Positions 35,771 to 45,755 of a stretch of 64,000 bases of DNA are shown one piece after another. This DNA comes from Candidatus Velthaea sp. (GTDB lineage: Bacteria; Vulcanimicrobiota; Vulcanimicrobiia; Vulcanimicrobiales; Vulcanimicrobiaceae). The stretch is taken from positions 96,001 through 160,000 of the forward strand of contig CBDCCS010000003.1 in assembly GCA_965214935.1 (NCBI GenBank). Reading direction: 5' to 3'. A model generated the notes under the pieces. That model was not told where the DNA came from. It made no database searches and saw only the letters and a program-made list of their open reading frames with translations. The position numbers were made by a program, and so were the translations under genes. Position 1 is the first letter of the stretch; the number at the start of each line of letters is the position of its first letter.

Positions 35771-38108
35771 TGCCGCGTCGGTCGCGAGTGAAGCGCAGCG
35801 TCTCATTGCGTCGCGCGCGCGGCTTGCGGTCGGACTGTCGGACGGCGAATTAGGCGCGATCGTCGCTGAGCTCGGTCGCGCGCCGACCGATGTCGAGTTG
35901 TACGCCTTCGATGCACAGTGGAGCGAGCATTGTTCGTATAAGTCCAGCCGGCGCCATCTGCGAAAGTTGCCGACCGACGGGCCGACGGTAATGCAAGGAC
36001 CGGCCGAAGACGCCGGCATCGTCCGTCTGGGTGAGTGGCAAGGCGATGCCTACGGCGTCGTCATCGCGCACGAGTCGCACAATCATCCCTCGCAAGTCGT
36101 GCCGTTTGAGGGAGCCGCGACGGGGATCGGCGGTATCGTGCGTGACGTGTTGTGCATGGGTGCCGAAGTTATTGCCGTTGCGGATCCCTTGCGCTTCGGC
36201 CGGCTCGACGACCCGCATTGCCGCTACGTCGCGCAAAGCGTCGTCGACGGCATCGCCGCTTACGGCAACGCGATCGGCGTGCCGAACATCGGCGGCGACG
36301 TGTATTTCGATGAGTCGTTCAACGATAACGTGCTCGTCAACGTCGTCGCACTCGGCCTCGTCAAGCAACAAGACATCATTCATTCGCGAGCGCCGGCGCA
36401 GTCGGCGGGTTACGATATCGTGCTGGTCGGAAAAGCGACCGACCGCAGCGGCTTCGGCGGAGCATCGTTTTCATCGCTGACGCTCGACGAAGCCGATGCC
36501 CAACACAATAAAGGCGCGGTGCAAGTTCCCGATCCGTTCCTCAAAAGCGTCATCATGCGCGCGTCGTACCGCGTGTTTGAAGAACTGCGGCAGCGCGAGA
36601 TCGTCGCCGGCTTCAAAGATTTAGGCGCCGGCGGTCTCGCCGGCTGCAGCGCGGAACTCGTTGCCGCGGGCGGCTTCGGCGCCGAAATCGATCTGGACTG
36701 TGTTCCGACGTCGCAACCCGATCTGCCGGCCGCGGTCATCGCGATCGGCGAGACGCAAGAGCGGCTGTGCTGGGTCGTTCCTCCGGCGTTCACACCTGAG
36801 TTGTTGCGCATCTACAACGACGAATACACCTTGCCGCAAATCGCGCAGGGTGCCGGGGCGACGGTCATCGGTAAGGTAACCGACGGCGGCCGGTATGTTG
36901 CGCGGCACCGCGGCGACGTCGTCATGGATGTACCGCTCAAGTTTCTCATCGACGGTGTGCGCTATAATCGGCCGTATTTCATCGCGCTGCCCGACACGCC
37001 CGTCTCCGCCGCGCGAAGCATTACCGGCGAGGAGCCCGAGCGCAGGCCGCTCGGCGAAATAGTCACCCGCATCGTCGCACACCGCGACGTGTGCTCGCGG
37101 CGTCCGATCTTCGAGCGTTTCGACGCCGTCGTTCGCGGCACGACCGTCATTCCGGCGGGCTATGCCGACGCCGGCGTGATCGCGCCGCTGTTCGGCGCGC
37201 CCTTGGGCGTCGCCTTAGCGGTTGCGGGGAATCCGCGCTACGGCAAAATCGATGCCCAGCGCGCGGCCGAACTTGCCGTGGTAAGCGCGGCGGCGCGGGT
37301 CGCGGCGGTCGGCGCCCGGCCGGTCGGGCTGACGGATTGCTTGAACTTCGGCGACCCGACCGAGCCCCGACAGCTGGGTAATTTCGTTGCCGCCGTCGAC
37401 GGCTTGGCATATGCCGCACGCGAACTCGGCACGCCGTTCGTGTCGGGCAACGTCAGCCTCTACAATCAGTCCAAAGCCGGGCACGCGGTCGCCCCCTCCC
37501 CAATCGTTGCATGCGTCGGGGCGATTGCCGACATCTCCAAAACCGCCACGCTGGCGCTCAAGCGAACCGGCTCGACCCTCTTTGTGCTGGATGGACCGGT
37601 GCAAGCGCATTTCGGCGGTTCGGTCTACGCCGAATTGATCGGCTTGACGGGCTCGCCGCTACCGGTTCCGGATTACGCCGCCATCCGGTCCGCGTTCGCC
37701 TTTCTGTCGGCCGCGTTCGAGCGCAATCTGGTGCTCGCGGCGCACGCAATCAGCGACGGCGGGTTGCTGACCGCGCTTGCCGAGATGGCGTTCGGGAGCT
37801 TGGAGCCGGTTGCAATCGGGATCTATCTCGCTGCACCGGAAACCTGGCGGGCCGACCGTACGGCAAGTGTCGAGGCAGCGCTTTTCGCTGAAGCCGGCGG
37901 CTTTGTCATCGAAGCTGCGGATGCCGTTGCGTTTGCGGCGCTTGCGCGCGCGTGGGACGTCGATTGCCTGCCGATCGCGACAACGACCGAGCAGACCGTC
38001 CTTGGCATTGCCGGCACGCCGGACCGCGCGCCGGAATCGATCGACTTGGCTTTGTTGCGCGATATTTGGGCCGCGCCGTTGAGCGACTTCTATGGGTCGG
38101 CGGCGTGA
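35763..38108 (+). CDS. purL: FGAM synthase subunit PurL (small type)
   Basis: WSEHCSYKSS, ESHNHPS, GAATGIGGIVRD, DLGAGGL, ETQER, DCLNFG, VSGNVSLYN, SDGGL. Confidence 0.95.
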   Translation: MLDAASVASEAQRLIASRARLAVGLSDGELGAIVAELGRAPTDVELYAFDAQWSEHCSYKSSRRHLRKLPTDGPTVMQGPAEDAGIVRLGEWQGDAYGVVIAHESHNHPSQVVPFEGAATGIGGIVRDVLCMGAEVIAVADPLRFGRLDDPHCRYVAQSVVDGIAAYGNAIGVPNIGGDVYFDESFNDNVLVNVVALGLVKQQDIIHSRAPAQSAGYDIVLVGKATDRSGFGGASFSSLTLDEADAQHNKGAVQVPDPFLKSVIMRASYRVFEELRQREIVAGFKDLGAGGLAGCSAELVAAGGFGAEIDLDCVPTSQPDLPAAVIAIGETQERLCWVVPPAFTPELLRIYNDEYTLPQIAQGAGATVIGKVTDGGRYVARHRGDVVMDVPLKFLIDGVRYNRPYFIALPDTPVSAARSITGEEPERRPLGEIVTRIVAHRDVCSRRPIFERFDAVVRGTTVIPAGYADAGVIAPLFGAPLGVALAVAGNPRYGKIDAQRAAELAVVSAAARVAAVGARPVGLTDCLNFGDPTEPRQLGNFVAAVDGLAYAARELGTPFVSGNVSLYNQSKAGHAVAPSPIVACVGAIADISKTATLALKRTGSTLFVLDGPVQAHFGGSVYAELIGLTGSPLPVPDYAAIRSAFAFLSAAFERNLVLAAHAISDGGLLTALAEMAFGSLEPVAIGIYLAAPETWRADRTASVEAALFAEAGGFVIEAADAVAFAALARAWDVDCLPIATTTEQTVLGIAGTPDRAPESIDLALLRDIWAAPLSDFYGSAA

Positions 38109-38902
38109 TGCCGCGCGTGGCCGTCCCGGTGTTTCCCGGCACCAACAGCGAACTCGAAACGTTACGCGCGTTGCAGGCCGCCGGGTGCACGGCCGAACTC
38201 GTACACTGGAGTCGCGGTGCACGGGCGTTGCGCGCTTTTGACGCCTTTGTCGTGCCGGGCGGCTTTGCGTACGAAGATCGCGTGCGCGCCGGTGCGGTCG
38301 CCGCACACGACGAATTGACTGATGCCGTCATCGAGGCGGCCGGAGCGGGCAAGTTCGTGCTCGGCATCTGCAACGGCGCGCAGATCTTGCTGGAAGCCGG
38401 CCTCGTTCCCGGCACCGGTCCGGTGCGCCGCCCGACAGCAGCTTTTACGCCCAATAGCAGCGGCGGCCGCTACCTGTGCCGGCACGTGCACGTTCGCTTG
38501 GCGGTCGATCCCGAGCGGCTCCCGGTATTGGCCGGTTTACCGCGCGATGCGGTTATTCCGATGTGGGTCTCGCACGGTGAGGGCCGGCTCACCGCAGCGC
38601 CGGCCGAACGCGACGAGCTTCAACGCAACGGGCACGTAGCGTTCGTTTATAGCGATTCGGCCGGACGACCGGTACCCGCACCGCAGGGTTCGGCACTCGA
38701 TTGTGCCGGTCTCACGAACGCTACCGGCACGGTGCTTGCGATCATGCCGCACCCCGAACGCGATGCGTGGACGTTTATGCACCGCGACGGTGCGCTCAAG
38801 GAGCGAGCCCGCGGTGACGCGCCCGCAATGTTGCGGCCGTCGGGCGGAAGTGCGGTATTCACGGCTTTCGCCGCTGCACTGCATGCGACGGCGGAGCGAT
38901 GA
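38108..38902 (+). CDS. purQ: FGAM synthase glutaminase subunit PurQ
   Basis: FPGTNSE, PGGFAYED, GICNG.Q, HGEGR, MPHPER. Confidence 0.95.
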   Translation: MPRVAVPVFPGTNSELETLRALQAAGCTAELVHWSRGARALRAFDAFVVPGGFAYEDRVRAGAVAAHDELTDAVIEAAGAGKFVLGICNGAQILLEAGLVPGTGPVRRPTAAFTPNSSGGRYLCRHVHVRLAVDPERLPVLAGLPRDAVIPMWVSHGEGRLTAAPAERDELQRNGHVAFVYSDSAGRPVPAPQGSALDCAGLTNATGTVLAIMPHPERDAWTFMHRDGALKERARGDAPAMLRPSGGSAVFTAFAAALHATAER

Positions 38903-39348
38903 GCGAGACGCTGCGCCGAACCTTTGCCGTCGCTCTGACCATCCCGGATAACGAGGCGTTTACCGCGTGCGCGACGTTACGCCGGCTCGGCTTGCCCGTC
39001 GCGCGCGTCGCGCGTGCCGCCATTTGGACGTTTGACGTCGAGCCGCGGGCCGCCGACGATCTCGTCGCGACGGTCGCCACCCTTGAAACAATCTTCAACC
39101 CGAACAAACACCGGTTGAGCGAGCGTGCCGGTGGACGGCCCGCTGCAGGCGAGGTCTGGATTGCGACGCTCGACGACCTGCCGCTCGCGAGTATCGCCGG
39201 CCGCAAGCTCGCGGGCGTTCAGCGAATCGAACGTCAAACGGCATGGCAGCTCTTCGCTGAATCCGGAGCCTACGCCGATTCGACGCTGCTCGATCGCGCA
39301 GTCGAGACTTTTCTCTGCAATCCCGCGTTTCAGAAAGCAACACGATGA
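38899..39348 (+). CDS. purS: Double-length PurS-like protein
   Basis: Lies right after purL-purQ. Each half ends in a PurS-like NP motif (IFNP, LCNP), and DNEAFTA resembles PurS DPEG.T. Confidence 0.6.
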   Translation: MSETLRRTFAVALTIPDNEAFTACATLRRLGLPVARVARAAIWTFDVEPRAADDLVATVATLETIFNPNKHRLSERAGGRPAAGEVWIATLDDLPLASIAGRKLAGVQRIERQTAWQLFAESGAYADSTLLDRAVETFLCNPAFQKATR

Positions 39349-39370
39349 TGCCGTTTACTTTGGTGCCGCA

Positions 39371-40447
39371 ATGACGATGACGGTCGAAACGCAGCACGCC
39401 CTTACCGACGACGCGCCGGAAAACCGCCAATTTTACACGATCGGTACGCTCGGTTCACATTCGGCGTTGCAGATCCTTAAAGGCGCTCACGACGAGGGGT
39501 TTCGAACGCTTGCGATCGCGAATCGCGACACCGAGCGCCTGTATCGCAGCTTCGCCTTCGTCGACGAAGTCATCGTCATCGAACAGTATTCAGAATTCAT
39601 TACCTTGGTGCCCGAACTCGAGCAACGCAAGCTCATCGTCGTGCCGCACGGTTCGTTTGTCGCGTATCTGTCGCTCGACGAACATAAGAAGATGCGCATC
39701 CCATATTTCGGTAACAAGGCCGTTCTGGATTGGGAAGCGAGCCGGGAACTGCAGCGCCAGTGGCTGACGCGTGCGGGTCTCAAGGTGCCGCGTCAATTCC
39801 GGACAGGCGCCGAAATAGACCGGCCGGTCATCGTCAAACTCTATGGAGCGCAGGGCGGCAAGGGGTATATGTTTCTGCGCAACACGCTTGACTTCGAGGA
39901 GCGTGCAAGCTTGCTCGCGCGGCAGAATTACATTCTGCAAGAATACATTATCGGCGTTCCGCTCTACATCCACTATTTCTATTCGCCGCTCACGGGCAAA
40001 CTCGAAATCATGTCGATGGACCGGCGTTACGAAACAAACGTCGACTCGCTGGGCCGGATCCCGTCACGCGCGCAAGAGAGCATGGACATCGATCCGTCAT
40101 ACGTCGTCGTCGGAAATTCGCCGCTGAGCTTGCGTGAATCGATGCTCGCCGAAGCGTATCGCATGGGTGAAGATGTCGTGCGCGTCAGTCAAGAGATTTG
40201 CGGACCCAAGGGACTCTTCGGTGCGTTTTGCATCGAAACGATCATCACGCCCGACGCACAATTTTACATCATGGAAGTATCGGCGCGAATCGTCGCCGGA
40301 ACGAACCTGTTCATCGACGGCTCTCCGTATTCGTATCTCAATTACAGCGAACCGATGTCGACCGGACGGCGCATCGCACGAGAAATCAAAAATGCGCTGC
40401 TTACCAATTCGCTGCATCTCGTCTTGGATGACTCCAGCATCATCTAA
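39371..40447 (+). CDS. purP: Formate-dependent FAICAR synthetase, archaeal PurP type
   Basis: IGTLGSHSALQILKGA.DEGF, PHGSFVAY, FGNK, IVK..GAQGGKGY, QEYIIG, YFYSP, DRRYETN.D, VVGN.P..LRES, EVSARIVAGTN. Confidence 0.9.
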   Translation: MTMTVETQHALTDDAPENRQFYTIGTLGSHSALQILKGAHDEGFRTLAIANRDTERLYRSFAFVDEVIVIEQYSEFITLVPELEQRKLIVVPHGSFVAYLSLDEHKKMRIPYFGNKAVLDWEASRELQRQWLTRAGLKVPRQFRTGAEIDRPVIVKLYGAQGGKGYMFLRNTLDFEERASLLARQNYILQEYIIGVPLYIHYFYSPLTGKLEIMSMDRRYETNVDSLGRIPSRAQESMDIDPSYVVVGNSPLSLRESMLAEAYRMGEDVVRVSQEICGPKGLFGAFCIETIITPDAQFYIMEVSARIVAGTNLFIDGSPYSYLNYSEPMSTGRRIAREIKNALLTNSLHLVLDDSSII

Positions 40448-40541
40448 CGTGAACGTGCAACATATCTTGACCTGCCGGGTGCCGTTCGATCGGCCAACAC
40501 GGTGTCACTTCGATCGCTCGCTGCGCAGAGGATTACCGGCG

Positions 40542-41669
40542 ATGCAAGCTTTTGCCCGCGAATTCGCTCGGGTCGCACGACTCGCACTCACCGGTTGTAT
40601 CGCGGCGTGTCTTTGCGCGGGCGTGCCGTTCGCTGCAAGCGCGGAATTGCAGACCGATCCGACGGTCTTATATAACGCGATGAAAGCGGCATATGACAAA
40701 GGCGCCGCGTCGAGTTGGCATTTCGCCGATGAACTCGACTATTTCTCGACCGTCCTCGATGCCGGCCGGGCGTTCGAGTTACGGCGTCGCGACGATCCGG
40801 AAAACCTCGCACTCAAGGGCACGACGGTCGATCTGGCGACGCGGTTGCATTACGATCCGCTCATCAATCGCGATGCGGCCGAATGGTACGTCCGGCTCGC
40901 TGCGCAAACGTATGCCGCCGATCCGCAGCGCGGTGCAGCGGCGACGGCGTTGCTCGCGAAGCTCGACGCCGAAGATGCCGATTCGGTGGCCCTGGCACGC
41001 GATGCGGATGCGGACGCAACGGCAAATGCCGCCAACTACGCCGAAGATACGCAAGGATTGCTGGCGCAAGTCGACGCCGACATCCGGGGATACACCTTGA
41101 GCAAGAACGCGTATTACCGTTCGCTCGCGTTGCAACGCGCCGCCCAACCGGAGTTTCCCATTGCGCTCGTCGCACCGGAAACCGCCAAGGACCTCTTTGC
41201 GTTCAGCGAAGCTGCTCGGCTCGGCGCGTTCGGGTATTCCGACGGCGATACCGCCGCTGCGAAAGCCATCGTGTCGCACAGGGCGACGGCAAAGTCGATC
41301 CCGGTCATCGGGCGGGTGCTTTCCCACGATGCGTATCTGACGATCACCGCGCCCGCCGACGAGTATTTCGGCCGCACCAAACTATCACCGATCGGCGTAC
41401 GCAACGCGTTGCTGCACATCAGCAAATATCTCGATGCCGGCTGGGGTCCGCAGATGACCGGCGAAGCGCTGTATGTCGTCGATGCGCTCGATGATTGGCG
41501 GGAGCAGTACCCGCGTGATTACGAACTGCCGCGCTTGTTGCTCAGCACGTACAAAACGCTCGACCGGATTAATTCGCCCGAAGCGCACGTCGCCGAAGTG
41601 CGGGTCAAGAAGTTGCTCACCGTGGAGTACAACGCTTCGAGCGAAGCACACTCGCTGCTCGACTCCTGA
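40542..41669 (+). CDS. Hypothetical secreted all-helical protein
   Basis: Signal peptide ending AASA, Ala-rich helical content, motif APADEYFGRTKLSPIGVRN; its stop overlaps the start of the next gene. Confidence 0.7.
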   Translation: MQAFAREFARVARLALTGCIAACLCAGVPFAASAELQTDPTVLYNAMKAAYDKGAASSWHFADELDYFSTVLDAGRAFELRRRDDPENLALKGTTVDLATRLHYDPLINRDAAEWYVRLAAQTYAADPQRGAAATALLAKLDAEDADSVALARDADADATANAANYAEDTQGLLAQVDADIRGYTLSKNAYYRSLALQRAAQPEFPIALVAPETAKDLFAFSEAARLGAFGYSDGDTAAAKAIVSHRATAKSIPVIGRVLSHDAYLTITAPADEYFGRTKLSPIGVRNALLHISKYLDAGWGPQMTGEALYVVDALDDWREQYPRDYELPRLLLSTYKTLDRINSPEAHVAEVRVKKLLTVEYNASSEAHSLLDS

Positions 41670-42817
41670 TGGCGGCCGGGTCGCGCCCGTTCGACGTAGC
41701 CGCGCTGCTCCGAACGTACGATAGCGCTAACGTAACGCTGTGTTCGATCGGGAGTCATTCCGCGCTCGAAGTTGCGGCGGGCGCGCGCGCGCAAGGTCTG
41801 GCAAATCTCGTCGTAACCGAGCGCGGCCGTGAACGGACGTACGCCGAGCACTTTATCCGGCGCGACAATCCCGCTCGCGGTTGCGTCGATGCAACGCTCG
41901 CGCTGGCAAAGTTCAGCGATATTCTCGACGACGGAGTGCAAGCGGAGATGCTTGCGCGCAACGTTTTGTTCGTTGCGAACCGCTCGTTTGAAGTCTATTT
42001 GCGTCAGCGCTACACGTATGCCGAGATCGAGGCGCGCATGCAGGTACCGTTCTTCGGTTCGCGGGTGCTGCTACGCGCCGAGGAGCGCGACGAGCAAGAT
42101 AATCAGTATTTGCTGCTCGAGCGCGCCGGCGTGCGGTATCCCAAGCAATACGCGTCGCCGCGCGAGATCGACAGGCTCGCGATCGTCAAAGCGCCGCATG
42201 CCCGAGTTTCCTTCGAGCGGGCGTTTTTCTTAGCCCGGTCGTTCGAGGACTACGTGCAGCGCAGCGAACAGCTTGTGGCCGCCGGCATGGTCAGCGCCGC
42301 GGGCCTGCACGGTGCGGTGATCGAGGAGTTTGCGCTCGGGCCATCCATCAACTTAAATTTTTTCTATTCGCCCATTCTCGATGAAGTCGAACTCATGGGA
42401 ACGGATACGCGTCGTCAAACCAATCTCGAAGGTCTGAAAAACCTGCCCTTTGCGCAGGCCGAAGCGCTCGCCGACGAACCCGTGCGGCTCGAGGAAGCCG
42501 GCCACGTTGCAGCGACGCTGACCGAGTCGATGCTCGAACAGGCATTTGCCATGGGCGAGCGCTTCGTGCGCGCGACGCAAGCCGGCGGTCAACGCGGAAT
42601 CATCGGTCCATTTGCCTTGCAGTGCATCATCGTCGCCGGACCGCCCAAAGATTTCGTCGTTTACGACGTTTCGCTGCGCATACCGGGCTCGCCGGGTACG
42701 CGCTTTACACCCTACTCGGCGTATCGCTGGGCGCGCGACGTTTCGGTCGGCGAACGCATCGCCATGGAAGTCGTCGCCGCGCGCAACGCCGGCCGTTTGG
42801 CGGACGTGCTAACCTAA
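41669..42817 (+). CDS. Second PurP-like ATP-grasp paralogue (DUF1246/DUF1297)
   Basis: IGSHSALEV..GA, NRSFEVY, FFGSR.LLRAEER, IVKAPHA..FERAFF, NLNFFYSP, DTRRQTN, EAGH..TL.ES, GPFALQ. Confidence 0.85.
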   Translation: MAAGSRPFDVAALLRTYDSANVTLCSIGSHSALEVAAGARAQGLANLVVTERGRERTYAEHFIRRDNPARGCVDATLALAKFSDILDDGVQAEMLARNVLFVANRSFEVYLRQRYTYAEIEARMQVPFFGSRVLLRAEERDEQDNQYLLLERAGVRYPKQYASPREIDRLAIVKAPHARVSFERAFFLARSFEDYVQRSEQLVAAGMVSAAGLHGAVIEEFALGPSINLNFFYSPILDEVELMGTDTRRQTNLEGLKNLPFAQAEALADEPVRLEEAGHVAATLTESMLEQAFAMGERFVRATQAGGQRGIIGPFALQCIIVAGPPKDFVVYDVSLRIPGSPGTRFTPYSAYRWARDVSVGERIAMEVVAARNAGRLADVLT

Positions 42818-42858
42818 CGCACGCGCACGCGCACGCACTCGCGGAGAGCCGGCGACGT

Positions 42859-44439
42859 ATGCCGAAGGTTGTTCGGATGCCCGCCGTAACGACTCGACCC
42901 GCGACCGTCGTCATACTCGATTACGGTGCACAGTATAGCCAACTGATCGCGCGGCGCGCGCGCGAAGCCCGGGTCTATAGCGAATTGCTTCCGCACGACA
43001 CGCCGTGGAGCGAGATCGAGCAACGCAATCCCGCCGCGATCATCTTGACCGGCGGCCCCGAGTCGACGCTCGCGCCGGGTGCGCCGGGTCTCAACCCCGG
43101 CGTTCTTGCCAGCGGCTTACCGGTGTTGGGCATTTGCTACGGCATGCAGCTTTTGGCGCGCGAACTGGGCGGCACGCTCGTTCCGCTCGAGCATCGCGAG
43201 TTCGGTCCGGCCGAACTCACCCTCACACGCGACGACAGCTCGTTATTCTTCGGCGTCCCGCTTGCGAGCCGAGTTTGGATGTCACACGGCGATTCCGTCG
43301 TCGTGCCGCCGCCGGATTTTCGGGCGCTGGCGCAAACGTCACGCTGCAATATCGCGGCGATCGGCAATGAAGAGCGCCGCATCTTCGGCGTGCAATTCCA
43401 TCCCGAAGTCGTTCACACCGATTTCGGCAGCACGGTCATCAGCAATTTTTTACACCAGATCGCCGGGATCGCCGGAGATTGGGATATGGGTTCGTTCGTC
43501 GATCGTGCCATCGACGATGTACGCGCGACGGTCGGTCCGGCAAACGTTATTTGCGCTTTGTCGGGCGGCGTCGATTCAGCCGTTGCCGCAACGCTCGTTG
43601 CGCGCGCGATCGGCAAGCAACTCACATGCATCTTCGTCGACACCGGACTCATGCGCAAAGATGAAGCACGCAACGTACTGGCGGCATTTCGCGACGTGCT
43701 GCATCTCAACGTCATTGCCGTCGATGCCCAAGCACGCTTCCTCGACCGGCTCGCCGCAGTCGAGGATCCGGAAGAAAAGCGCATTCGCATCGGTCATGAA
43801 TTCATTGCCGTATTCGAAGAAGAAGCCGCGAAAATACCCGGCGTTGCGTTTCTCGTCCAAGGCACGCTCTATCCCGACGTCATCGAATCGAAAACGCCGG
43901 GTTCGAAAGCCGGCCACAAAATCAAATCGCATCACAACGTGGGCGGCCTGCCCGAACGGATGAATTTCGGGCTCATCGAACCGTTGCGTTTGCTGTTCAA
44001 AGATGAAGTGCGGGCGGCGGGACGCGTCCTCGGTCTGCCCGAGCCGATCGTCGAGCGGCAGCCGTTTCCGGGACCGGGTCTGGCCGTGCGGGTGCTCGGC
44101 GCCTGCGATCGCGAGCGCTTGGAGACCGTTCGCCAGGCCGATTGGATCGTAACGAGCGAGATCGATGCGGCCGTTACGCTGAACCCCAAGCCATGGCAAT
44201 ATTTTGCCGTGCTTACGCCGCTGCGCAGCGTCGGCGTTATGGGTGACGGCCGGACGTATGCGAATCTCGTCGCCGTTCGCGCGATTACCAGCGAAGACGG
44301 CATGACCGCCGACTGGGCGCGTCTACCGCACGAATTGCTCGAGCGCATCAGCACGCGGATCGTCAACGAAGTGCCCGGCGTCAATCGCGTGGCGTACGAC
44401 ATCACGTCCAAGCCGCCGGCGACCGTCGAGTGGGAATAG
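42859..44439 (+). CDS. guaA: GMP synthase (glutamine-hydrolysing)
   Basis: LDYGAQYSQLIARR, GICYGMQ, QFHPEV, SGGVDS, IKSHHNVGGLP, RQPFPGPGL, SKPPATVEWE. Confidence 0.97.
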   Translation: MPKVVRMPAVTTRPATVVILDYGAQYSQLIARRAREARVYSELLPHDTPWSEIEQRNPAAIILTGGPESTLAPGAPGLNPGVLASGLPVLGICYGMQLLARELGGTLVPLEHREFGPAELTLTRDDSSLFFGVPLASRVWMSHGDSVVVPPPDFRALAQTSRCNIAAIGNEERRIFGVQFHPEVVHTDFGSTVISNFLHQIAGIAGDWDMGSFVDRAIDDVRATVGPANVICALSGGVDSAVAATLVARAIGKQLTCIFVDTGLMRKDEARNVLAAFRDVLHLNVIAVDAQARFLDRLAAVEDPEEKRIRIGHEFIAVFEEEAAKIPGVAFLVQGTLYPDVIESKTPGSKAGHKIKSHHNVGGLPERMNFGLIEPLRLLFKDEVRAAGRVLGLPEPIVERQPFPGPGLAVRVLGACDRERLETVRQADWIVTSEIDAAVTLNPKPWQYFAVLTPLRSVGVMGDGRTYANLVAVRAITSEDGMTADWARLPHELLERISTRIVNEVPGVNRVAYDITSKPPATVEWE

Positions 44440-45755
44440 GTTCGCCGCTACGCATACTCGTCGTCGGCAACGGCGCGCGCGAGGACGCGTTGTCATGGCG
44501 GCTCGCGCAATCGGCATCGACAGGCGAACTGTTTCACGCGCCGGGTAACGCGGGCACGTCGACGCGGGGTGAAAATTTAGCCGACGTCGGCGTCACCGAT
44601 GCGCGCAAAATCGTCGACCGGGTCAAGGCGTTGAAGATTGATTTGGCCATCCTGGGGCCGGAAACGTCGATTGCCGCCGGTGTCGGCGACCGTTTGCGCG
44701 ATGCCGGAATCGCGGTGTTCGGTCCCAATCGGGGCGGCGGACGGCTTGAAACGAGTAAGATTTACGCCAAGCGTTTTATGGAACGGCACGGAATCCCGAC
44801 GGCGCGTTTCAAAGTCGTCCATTCTTTGGATCAGGCCAACAAAGTGCTCGACGACTGGAGCGGTGCGGTCGTCGTGAAAGCGGACGGCCTTGCTGCGGGC
44901 AAAGGTGTCGTCGTCACCGACGATGTCGCGGCGGCCCGCGCGTTAGTAGGCAGCTGGTATGAATCGGGCGTCCCCGGCGGCGGCGTCGACGTCTTGCTCG
45001 AGCAGCGACTCCAGGGCCGCGAAGTCAGCGTTTTCGCCGTCGCCGACGGCCGCGCGATGATACCCGTTGCCGCCGCCTGCGATTACAAGCGCGCCGGCGA
45101 TGGCGATGCGGGGCCGAACACCGGCGGTATGGGCGCCTACTCGCCGCCCGAAAATTTTCCAGCCGAACTCTTGACCATCGTACGCGAACGCATCGTCGGT
45201 CCGACCCTGCGCGGTTTGCAGGCCGAAGGCGAAGAGTACCGCGGCGTGCTGTATGTGGGCATCATGTGGACCGATCGCGGTCCATCGGTGATCGAATACA
45301 ATGCGCGTTGGGGCGATCCCGAAACGCAAGTGCTCATGCCGCGGGTCAACGGCGATTTCGCGCGTTATTTGAAGTCGGCGGCGGACGGTGCGATCGAAGT
45401 CGATGCCGCGACATTATCGAGTGATGCGTGCGTCGGCGTTACCTTAGCGACCAAAGCGTATCCCTATGAAAATACCGCGCTTGCCGGGATGCCGTCCGCG
45501 TTTCGCTTGGCGCCGAACGTCGCGACGTTTTGGGGTGCATCGACGCGAAACGGGGCCTTCGTCGATTCGCCCGGCGGCCGAGTTTTGACGGTGACCGCGC
45601 GCGCCGCGACCGTCGAAGCGGCGCGGGTCGCCGTTTACGATGCGATCGCGCAACTCAAACCGCAATTTCCGCCCGGTCTGCCGCTGACGTTTCGCGCCGA
45701 TATCGCCCGGCTGCCCGCAGTCGACTCGCTCGCACAACCGCCGACTTCAGATTGA
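44430..45755 (+). CDS. purD: Phosphoribosylamine--glycine ligase
   Basis: VGNGARE, APGNAG, LETSK..K, VVKADGLAAGKGV, DYKR..GD.GPNTGGMGAY, EYNARWGDPE, GGRVL. Confidence 0.95.
   Translation: MGIGSPLRILVVGNGAREDALSWRLAQSASTGELFHAPGNAGTSTRGENLADVGVTDARKIVDRVKALKIDLAILGPETSIAAGVGDRLRDAGIAVFGPNRGGGRLETSKIYAKRFMERHGIPTARFKVVHSLDQANKVLDDWSGAVVVKADGLAAGKGVVVTDDVAAARALVGSWYESGVPGGGVDVLLEQRLQGREVSVFAVADGRAMIPVAAACDYKRAGDGDAGPNTGGMGAYSPPENFPAELLTIVRERIVGPTLRGLQAEGEEYRGVLYVGIMWTDRGPSVIEYNARWGDPETQVLMPRVNGDFARYLKSAADGAIEVDAATLSSDACVGVTLATKAYPYENTALAGMPSAFRLAPNVATFWGASTRNGAFVDSPGGRVLTVTARAATVEAARVAVYDAIAQLKPQFPPGLPLTFRADIARLPAVDSLAQPPTSD

Noticed and set aside
42815..42840. Short CGCACG repeat before guaA
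   Set aside because: About three copies in GC-rich DNA; too short to argue for phase variation.
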